A stretch of DNA of 64,000 nucleotides. It comes from Thermoanaerobaculia bacterium. GTDB taxonomy: Bacteria; Acidobacteriota; Thermoanaerobaculia; Multivoradales; Multivoraceae. Below the pieces are notes generated by a model. The model had not been told where the DNA came from and made no database searches. It was given only the letters and a program-made list of their open reading frames with translations. The stretch lies in contig OY761158.1 of assembly GCA_963664405.1 (NCBI GenBank), positions 2,944,001 to 3,008,000 on the forward strand. Reading direction: 5' to 3'. A program made the translations under genes and the position numbers. This document shows, in pieces, positions 57,452-64,000 of this stretch (positions are counted from its first letter, which is position 1; every line of letters begins with the position of its first letter).

Positions 57452-59139
57452 TGCCGTTGTCTTTCTCTGTGATTCTGAGTTCGGTCTTCGTTCTGTTCGC
57501 TCAGCAGGTCGAGGCGGTCGGTGACGCTCATTGCGAGACCGGCATCGGTGGTATTGCGAAGCACGTCCTCCATGAGGGCGATCGCCTCTTCGGTTCTGCC
57601 CTGGCGGAGGAGCCTTTCGGCGGCAGCGACGTCGGCTTGCAGCAGTGCTTCAGAGGCCCTCTCGACCCAGATCGGCTCGGCGATCTCGGAGAGAGGCCCG
57701 GCGATGAGGTCTTCGGCATCTTGTCTTCGGCCTAGTCTTGCAGACAGGACGGCGAGATTGTAAATCACGTCAGGCCGGGTCGCGAGCTTTTCGTACGCGG
57801 TGCGCAGCGCCCTCAATCCCTCGGTCGAAGGATCGGGATCGGCGACGTAGGTGGCTCCCAGGCCGGCCCAGGCCTCGCCGAAGCCGGACTCGCGGCGAAG
57901 ACTCTCGCGATAGTGGACCCGGGCCTCCTCGATCAGTGCGAGACCGTCGCCCGCCCAACGCTCAGCGCTCGGCCAGGTTCCCACGATGCGAGCCAGACTG
58001 TTCGCTCGAAGAAAATGCAGTAGATAGTCATCGGCACCGAGCTCCGCCGCCCGCTCGAAGTGGTAACTGGCGCTCTGGTGGTCTCCTTCGAGAGCGTCGA
58101 GGTAACCCTGGGCCGTGAACGAGGGGGCATGATGCGGGTCGATACGCAACGCCGCGTCTACGTGCCGCTGTGCCTCGTCGACGCGAGCCGGGGTCTGATG
58201 TGCGAGTAGCCAGCCCAAATGGAAGAGAGTGTCGGATCTCGACAGAGGCGTTACCTGCAACAGATCGCCGGCAGGAGCCTCGACCGGAGCGCTCAGGGGC
58301 TCGACGGCCGCATCTTGAAGGTGCTGGCTGATCTTGCGCTCTAGGGTGCGATAGGAAGCTCCGAAAGCGAGATCGAACGCCTCCAGCGGCTCAACGCCTT
58401 GTTCCAACAGAGCGAGGTAGGACGCGAGCTCGGCGCGGGGCTCCTCACCGCCGAGCAGAAGGTAGTGGACCAGTGCCCAGGATTGTGCGTAGAAGCCTGG
58501 GTTCTTGCGACGATCGTTGTAGGTATGAGAGGTAGTCTCCGTTTCGAGTAGGCGTCGTAGAGGTATCGCGGGCTGCTGGCGCAGCCACACCAGGTGACTG
58601 TCGATCACCTGACCGATCCGTGCCTCTTCCGCGCCCGAATCGAAGGTGCTGTAGAACTCGGCGAGACCTTCGTTGAGCCAGAGCGGAGCCTGCGGGAGAT
58701 TCTCGCGGAGAAATCCGTGGATGTACTCGTGCAGAATGACTCCGCGGCGGCCGGTCTGTGGATCACTGTGAACCGCGACGAAACCGGCGTGGGGATGAGC
58801 GATGAAGAAGCCGGCTACTGCCGCCGGTCGGCCGTTCGAGCGCGGCTTATAGGGAGCGAAGGTGGCGCGATCTCGAAACACGAAGATCGAGGTGGGGAGC
58901 GAGGAAGCGAGCGGTCTCGCCGGGTTGAGACCTTCGAGCACGGAGTGGAGGAGCTCGAGCCTGTAGGCGAGGTCGGAGAGAACCGAGGGCTCGGCGTTGC
59001 TGTAGAAAGTAAAACCGGGGCTATCGGCACGAATCCAGGACTCGGTGGAGTCAGGGATGGCGGCCAGGCTGCCTGGCGCGAACAGCGCGGCGGCAAGGGC
59101 TAAGCACTTCCCGAGACGGGGACTCGTCGCTGTCTTCAT
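57448..59139 (-). CDS. secreted HEXXH (DUF1570/gluzincin-like) plus TPR protein
   Basis: Signal peptide, ILHEYIH, PLWLNEGLAE, YAQSWALVHYL, TPR-like C-terminal half. Confidence 0.7.
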   Translation of the reverse strand: MKTATSPRLGKCLALAAALFAPGSLAAIPDSTESWIRADSPGFTFYSNAEPSVLSDLAYRLELLHSVLEGLNPARPLASSLPTSIFVFRDRATFAPYKPRSNGRPAAVAGFFIAHPHAGFVAVHSDPQTGRRGVILHEYIHGFLRENLPQAPLWLNEGLAEFYSTFDSGAEEARIGQVIDSHLVWLRQQPAIPLRRLLETETTSHTYNDRRKNPGFYAQSWALVHYLLLGGEEPRAELASYLALLEQGVEPLEAFDLAFGASYRTLERKISQHLQDAAVEPLSAPVEAPAGDLLQVTPLSRSDTLFHLGWLLAHQTPARVDEAQRHVDAALRIDPHHAPSFTAQGYLDALEGDHQSASYHFERAAELGADDYLLHFLRANSLARIVGTWPSAERWAGDGLALIEEARVHYRESLRRESGFGEAWAGLGATYVADPDPSTEGLRALRTAYEKLATRPDVIYNLAVLSARLGRRQDAEDLIAGPLSEIAEPIWVERASEALLQADVAAAERLLRQGRTEEAIALMEDVLRNTTDAGLAMSVTDRLDLLSEQNEDRTQNHRERQRQ

Positions 59140-59142
59140 TCT

Positions 59143-59895
59143 TCAGGCTGACCCGGGGCGCGCTGGCCGCGACATCGCTTGGAGCATTTCTCGAACTGCC
59201 TCGCTCATGCCGACGAGCACAGCCCGAGAGATGATGGAGTGACCGATGTTCAGCTCCTCGATCGGAGTGAGGGACGAGACCGCGGCAACATTGCCTGTGG
59301 TGAGACCGTGACCCGCGTAGACGGCGTAGCCGCGGTCTGCACCCAGAGCCGCCGCATCGCTGAGCTTCGCCAGCTCGGCGTCGACGTCACTGCCCCTGGC
59401 GCGGCTGTAAGCGTCGGTATTGAGCTCGAACCCCGGCACCAGACTCGGCGCGAGCTCCGAGAGGGCGTCGATTTGCGCCGGGTCGGGATCGAGGAAGAGC
59501 GAGACCATGATGCCTGCCCGCCCCAGCTCTTCGGCGACCTCTCTGACCCGCGACGCTTGCGCCCGGAGGTCGAGCCCTCCCTCGGTGGTGACCTCTTCCG
59601 GTCTCTCTGGAACCAGCGTAACCTGCTCGGGGCGTATCGCCATGGCGACGGCGACCATCTCGGCCGCGGTAGACATTTCGAGGTTCACCTTGCCGCGTAC
59701 CTGCGTGTGCAGGGCCTCGACATCTCGCTCCTGGATGTGTCTCCGGTCGACCCTGAGATGGACCGTGATCCCCGAGGCGCCGGCGGCTTCCGCCATCGCA
59801 GCACCTTCGAGAGGATCGGGATAGCCAACCCCGCGTGCCTGGCGCAGAGTTGCCACGTGGTCGACGTTCACGCTCAGCCGGGTGCTCTTCGACAT
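59143..59895 (-). CDS. pdxJ: pyridoxine 5'-phosphate synthase
   Basis: LSVNVDHVATLRQAR, ITVHLR.DRRHI, TTEGG, AGHGL, ELNIGHSI. Confidence 0.93.
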   Translation of the reverse strand: MSKSTRLSVNVDHVATLRQARGVGYPDPLEGAAMAEAAGASGITVHLRVDRRHIQERDVEALHTQVRGKVNLEMSTAAEMVAVAMAIRPEQVTLVPERPEEVTTEGGLDLRAQASRVREVAEELGRAGIMVSLFLDPDPAQIDALSELAPSLVPGFELNTDAYSRARGSDVDAELAKLSDAAALGADRGYAVYAGHGLTTGNVAAVSSLTPIEELNIGHSIISRAVLVGMSEAVREMLQAMSRPARPGSA

Positions 59896-59905
59896 CGACT
59901 CGATC

Positions 59906-61252
59906 TTAGCCTGTCCTCGACCCCAAGTGCCGGTCCAGAACCGCGGCCAACTCGCCCGCCATCTCCGCGATAGTTTCGGCGTCGGGTCCCTCGATCATCA
60001 CTCGGGCGAGAGGCTCCGTTCCGCTGTAGCGCAGCAGAACTCGACCTCGATCGCCGAGACGCTGCTGGATCGAGTGGGCCAGTTCTTCGAGGCCAGGCAC
60101 CGATGAGAAATCATCTTTGGCACGCACCGCGACGTTGCGCAGAATCTGGGGATAGGTCTCGAGGCCGCTCACCAGCTGGGACAGCGGCTGGCCGGACCCG
60201 ACGGCGAGCGCGGCGATCTGGAGCGCGCTGAGCAGACCGTCGCCAGTGGTGCTCAGACCCAGGTGGACCAAGTGTCCCGACTGCTCGCCGCCAAGGAGGA
60301 TACTGCGAGACCGCATCTCGGAGACTACCTCGCGGTCTCCGACACCGCAGCGCACCAAGTCGATTCCGAGCCGGGCGAGGCTGCTCTCGAGCCCCAGATT
60401 GCTCATCGTTGTAACCACCACAGCGGCCGGCTCCAGCTGGCCACGCTGTTGAAGCGCGCGCGCCCAGATATAGAGGATCGCATCACCGTCCAGAACACGA
60501 CCGGTCTCGTCGACCAGAATTACTCGGTCGGCGTCACCATCGAATGCGATGCCCATCACGCAACGGTTTTCGAGAGTGTGGCGGACGATCTCCTCACTGT
60601 GGTTTGAGCCGCACTGTACGTTGATGTTGGCGCCATCGGGGTGGTCATTGAAGGCGTGGACTGTCGCCCCCGCGTGCCTGAAAAGCGCTGCGGCCAAGGG
60701 CGAGGCGGCTCCATTCGCTGCATCGACAGCGATGTCCAGTCCTCGCAGGGGCTCGCCACCAGGAAGGGTAGAGAGGAGGGCCTGAGCATAGCGCTCGGCG
60801 AGACCGCGGTCCGCCGACTCGGGCGTCCCGTCGTCGGGACAGTTTGGAGCCCCGAGTAGGCGAGCCTCGAGCTCAGCTTCACCCTCTCGACTCCATTTGA
60901 AACCCTGTCCGTCGAAGATCTTGACTCCGTTGTCGGTGTGTAGGTTGTGGCTCGCAGAGACTGCGATACCGGCGTCCGCGCCCAGCTCGCGGGTAAGAAA
61001 CGCCACCGCTGGAGTAGGCAGAGTGCCGGCGTTGATCACTCGCGCCTCGGCTACGTCGAGGCCCGCGGCGATCCAGGAAGTGACTGTCGGCGTACTGGCG
61101 CGAGTATCCCCGGCGATGATCACGCAGGGGCTTCTTGCCTCGCGGCCGAGGAACGAGCCCAGTGCCCAGCCCAAGCGGGTGATCGTCAAAGCGTCGATAG
61201 GAGCGCGGCCGAAGACGCCGCGCACGCCGTCGGTCCCGAAGATCGAGCTCAA
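59906..61252 (-). CDS. glmM: phosphoglucosamine mutase
   Basis: FGTDGVRG, SASHN, FDGDADR, GGEQSGH, RYSGTEP. Confidence 0.93.
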   Translation of the reverse strand: MSSIFGTDGVRGVFGRAPIDALTITRLGWALGSFLGREARSPCVIIAGDTRASTPTVTSWIAAGLDVAEARVINAGTLPTPAVAFLTRELGADAGIAVSASHNLHTDNGVKIFDGQGFKWSREGEAELEARLLGAPNCPDDGTPESADRGLAERYAQALLSTLPGGEPLRGLDIAVDAANGAASPLAAALFRHAGATVHAFNDHPDGANINVQCGSNHSEEIVRHTLENRCVMGIAFDGDADRVILVDETGRVLDGDAILYIWARALQQRGQLEPAAVVVTTMSNLGLESSLARLGIDLVRCGVGDREVVSEMRSRSILLGGEQSGHLVHLGLSTTGDGLLSALQIAALAVGSGQPLSQLVSGLETYPQILRNVAVRAKDDFSSVPGLEELAHSIQQRLGDRGRVLLRYSGTEPLARVMIEGPDAETIAEMAGELAAVLDRHLGSRTG

Positions 61253-61265
61253 ATCGCCCCCCTCT

Positions 61266-61973
61266 TCAAGGACTTTCGGCAGGCTGCTCGGCGGCGCCGT
61301 TGACGCCGTTTCCTGCCGCGCTCGACAGCGTTGGCGGGTCGAGTCTCACCGAGACCCGGGCCGTGCTCGACCCGAGCACCTGGATGAGGGGGCTGGTTGT
61401 ATCGATCGTGACCGACTGATCGAAGCTGCGCGCTCGGCCATCGATGTCGACTCGTGCATCCACCGTGTCTTGCCGTTCCAACAGGCTCCGAGGGCCATGG
61501 ACGTCGACGAACTCGGGCACTACTCGGTGCTCACCTTCTACAGCGCCAGCAGCGGGCTCACCCTGGAGGACGGGTCTCACTCTGAGACGTTTCGTTACCT
61601 CGACGTCCAGCTCCAGAGAGAGGCGATCCGGAACGATCGAGATCACGTTGATCCCCTGTGGGCGGGAAATATTGCCGCCTTCGAGCACGATCTCGTGAAT
61701 GCCGGGGCTAGCCGGAAGCTCGACGAGCGCACTGACCTGGAAGGGGCTGAGGTCGAGCACTGCCTCCTCGATTCCGCTGACACGGATCGAAAGCTCACTG
61801 GTGGGGTTGAGGAGTAGGAGGCCTTGCGGCGTGTTGTAAGTGACCGGGACGTTTGTCAGAGCGCGTTCGCTGAGAGTCTGCTCTCGTCCACTGTAAGAGT
61901 AGAGAAGCCAGAGCACGATCGCGATCGCAAGGGCAAGAAGCCGTAAGGGCCACAAGCTAGCTGACTCGTTCAA
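61266..61973 (-). CDS. cdaR: CdaR/YbbR-like regulator
   Basis: N-terminal TM, YbbR-like beta domains; sits between cdaA and glmM. Confidence 0.8.
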   Translation of the reverse strand: MNESASLWPLRLLALAIAIVLWLLYSYSGREQTLSERALTNVPVTYNTPQGLLLLNPTSELSIRVSGIEEAVLDLSPFQVSALVELPASPGIHEIVLEGGNISRPQGINVISIVPDRLSLELDVEVTKRLRVRPVLQGEPAAGAVEGEHRVVPEFVDVHGPRSLLERQDTVDARVDIDGRARSFDQSVTIDTTSPLIQVLGSSTARVSVRLDPPTLSSAAGNGVNGAAEQPAESP

Positions 61974-62752
61974 CGTCGCTCCTTACCCTTCTCCTGATCG
62001 CGATCACGAATCAGGTGCTTGTAGAGGTAGTTTCGTAGATCGCGAGAGGCGAGATCGCGTTGAATGTCCCCGCGGTAGGCAACCGATACTTGGGCTCGCT
62101 CTTCCGAGATAACGACAATGACGGCGTCGGTCTCTTCACTGAGCCCGATGGCTGCACGATGGCGGGTACCGAGCTCGAAGGGGAGGTCGGCCTGGTGGGT
62201 AAGAGGAAGGAAACAGGATGCGGCCGCGATCTTATCCCCGCGGATGATCACGGCGCCGTCGTGGAGAGGTGCGCCAGGGGTGAAGATGTTGACCAGCAGA
62301 TCGCAGGTGACGGCGGCGTCGAGCCCCACTCCTCCTTCGATGTACTCCCTCAGTCCTTCGTCTCTCTCGACCACGATAAGGGCTCCGATGCTCTTGCTGG
62401 CCAGTGCCGTCGAGGCCAGGACGACCTCGTTCAGGGTCGACTCGACATTGTGGCGCGGTCCGAGGCCCCACAGCGAAGTGCTGCCGAAGTTGGCGAGAAC
62501 ACGGCGAATCTGGTCCTGAAACAGCACCACCGCGGCGAAGGGGAGGTAGAAGATGAGGTTCTCCAGAAGCGTGCTCAGAGTGAGCAGCCCGAAGGTCTGA
62601 GCGAGAAAAGAGATGCCCAGGAGAACGATGATCCCCCCCAGCACGGGTAGCGCACGGGTGCGCCGGATCAAGCGCAGCAGGCCGTAGACGACCAGCCAAA
62701 CGGCGAGAATGTCGAGCAGGTCGGAAGGGAGAAGGCTATCGGCGAAAGTCAA
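61970..62752 (-). CDS. cdaA: diadenylate cyclase
   Basis: 3 TM segments, FQDQIRR, PLHDGAV, LGTRHRAAIG, SEE. Confidence 0.92.
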   Translation of the reverse strand: MTFADSLLPSDLLDILAVWLVVYGLLRLIRRTRALPVLGGIIVLLGISFLAQTFGLLTLSTLLENLIFYLPFAAVVLFQDQIRRVLANFGSTSLWGLGPRHNVESTLNEVVLASTALASKSIGALIVVERDEGLREYIEGGVGLDAAVTCDLLVNIFTPGAPLHDGAVIIRGDKIAAASCFLPLTHQADLPFELGTRHRAAIGLSEETDAVIVVISEERAQVSVAYRGDIQRDLASRDLRNYLYKHLIRDRDQEKGKERR

Positions 62753-63729
62753 AGCGCCGCCTTTGCTTCTTCCAGAGAAGCCCACACTTCCAGGAAGCGC
62801 CGGGTTTCGACCACGTCGTGGACGCGAAGAAGGTGGGCTCCACGGCAGGCTGCCCAGGCGGCTGTCGCCAGGCTCCCGGGCAAGCGATCCATGGTCGACG
62901 CGCCGGTGATCTCACCCAAGAAGCTCTTCCTGCTCGCCCCTATCAGCAGCGGTCGTTTGATCCGAGTCAGCACATCGAGATGGGCCAGAAGAGCGAGATT
63001 CTGCTTTCGCGTCTTACCGAAACCGATTCCGGGGTCGACGATGATCTGCTCTCGTCGCACGCCGCCGGAGATCGCTTCGTCGACCGCTCTTTCGAGCTCG
63101 CGACGCACTTCGTCGACCACATGGGTGAAAGAGATACCTCTCTGCATTCGCGACAGCTCGCCACGGCTGTGCATCAGCACGACCGGAACATCTCGCGCGG
63201 CGAGGAGCGGCGTCATCGGCGGGTCGGCGAGGCTGGAGATATCGTTGACCAGGTCGGCTCCCTCGTCCAGTGCTTCCTCCGCCACTCTCGCTTTGCGGGT
63301 ATCGACGCTGATCGGTGCGTCCGTCTCGCTGCGAAGCCGGCGCAGTACGGGGAGAAGGCGGCTGCGCTCCATCTGCCAGCTCACCTCGCTCGCTCCTTCT
63401 CCGTAGACACCACCGCCGGGTCTGGTCGATTCAGCTCCGAGGTCGAGGACGTCGGCGCCCTCTTCGAGCATCTCCAAACCGCGGTCGAGAGCGACCTCGG
63501 GATCTAGATGACGACCCCCGTCGCTGAACGAATCGGGCGTGATGTTGAGGATGCCCATCACCAGCGGACGATTCCCAACGACCAGAGATCGGTCCCTGGG
63601 CAGACACAGCGTGAAGCTCGACGCGCGTAGGGAGAGAGGGTGGTGCGCCCTACCGCTAGCGGCCTGGGTCGGCGGCGGTTTGCGAGAGTCTGCCGGCCGG
63701 CGGCAGTCGGCGGCAGCACTCTCGGTCAT
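62749..63729 (-). CDS. folP: dihydropteroate synthase (start uncertain)
   Basis: MGILNITPDSFSDGG, ESTRPG, SVDT, VDPGIGFGK, SRKSF, RVHDV. Confidence 0.93.
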   Translation of the reverse strand: MTESAAADCRRPADSRKPPPTQAASGRAHHPLSLRASSFTLCLPRDRSLVVGNRPLVMGILNITPDSFSDGGRHLDPEVALDRGLEMLEEGADVLDLGAESTRPGGGVYGEGASEVSWQMERSRLLPVLRRLRSETDAPISVDTRKARVAEEALDEGADLVNDISSLADPPMTPLLAARDVPVVLMHSRGELSRMQRGISFTHVVDEVRRELERAVDEAISGGVRREQIIVDPGIGFGKTRKQNLALLAHLDVLTRIKRPLLIGASRKSFLGEITGASTMDRLPGSLATAAWAACRGAHLLRVHDVVETRRFLEVWASLEEAKAAL

Positions 63730-63743
63730 CGGCCTGGACGGAT

Positions 63744-64000
63744 CTACTGCTCGGTCTCGGTGGAGGGGACAGGGCTCTCGCCGAGTCCTGCGCGTTGCGC
63801 GGGCGCGATCTCAGGAGACCCGGAGTAGGACTCGTCTTCTTCTCGGTCGTCCGTTCTCTCACCGGATCCCGGCGCCTCCCCGGAGCCTGCTGGGCTCTCG
63901 GAGACCATGGCGGCAACCTCCGAACCGTCTTCTTCCTGGTCGACTTCGCGAGAGCGGAGGCGAGCGCTGACCGGCTTGAGGTCCCTTCCGGTCATCTCCC
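63744..64000 (-). CDS. acidic disordered C-terminal tail of an upstream gene, probably FtsH (partial)
   Basis: Open frame runs off the window end; identity inferred only from conserved ftsH-folP synteny. Confidence 0.45.
   Translation of the reverse strand, partial: EMTGRDLKPVSARLRSREVDQEEDGSEVAAMVSESPAGSGEAPGSGERTDDREEDESYSGSPEIAPAQRAGLGESPVPSTETEQ

Overview
GC-rich bacterial chromosome segment. Gene content and the ftsH-folP-cdaA-cdaR-glmM-pdxJ order suggest a diderm such as Acidobacteriota (inference). Most of it is housekeeping: a ggt / GCS2 ligase / gshB glutathione neighbourhood, a solA-maoC-betaine-type ABC-egtD operon, pcnB, frdABCD, rmlBAC plus DUF4301, uppP, an ECF sigma module, purC and pdxJ-glmM-cdaR-cdaA-folP. 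A ~15.4 kb island (27461-42859) is bracketed by two near-identical CTAG-targeting DDE insertion sequences. It carries a partly decayed glycosylation cluster with an intact CmoA-like carboxy-SAM synthase next to a second SAM-dependent transferase. The most striking unexplained structure is a family of cassettes with inverted arms made of 7-8 nt tandem repeats (AGT-purine units facing pyrimidine-ACT units), each sitting exactly between convergent genes. One encloses an intact four-helix-bundle (IVS/Avd-like) gene (3211-3764), one a frameshifted copy (6671-7449), and one is nearly empty (55345-55632). Also found: a ~66-nt candidate sRNA with its own promoter and terminator, a 166-bp CTAG-flanked MITE, and a ~150-bp palindrome with a dif-like core. 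No rRNA, tRNA or CRISPR array was recognised. All calls are by eye; no database searches were run.
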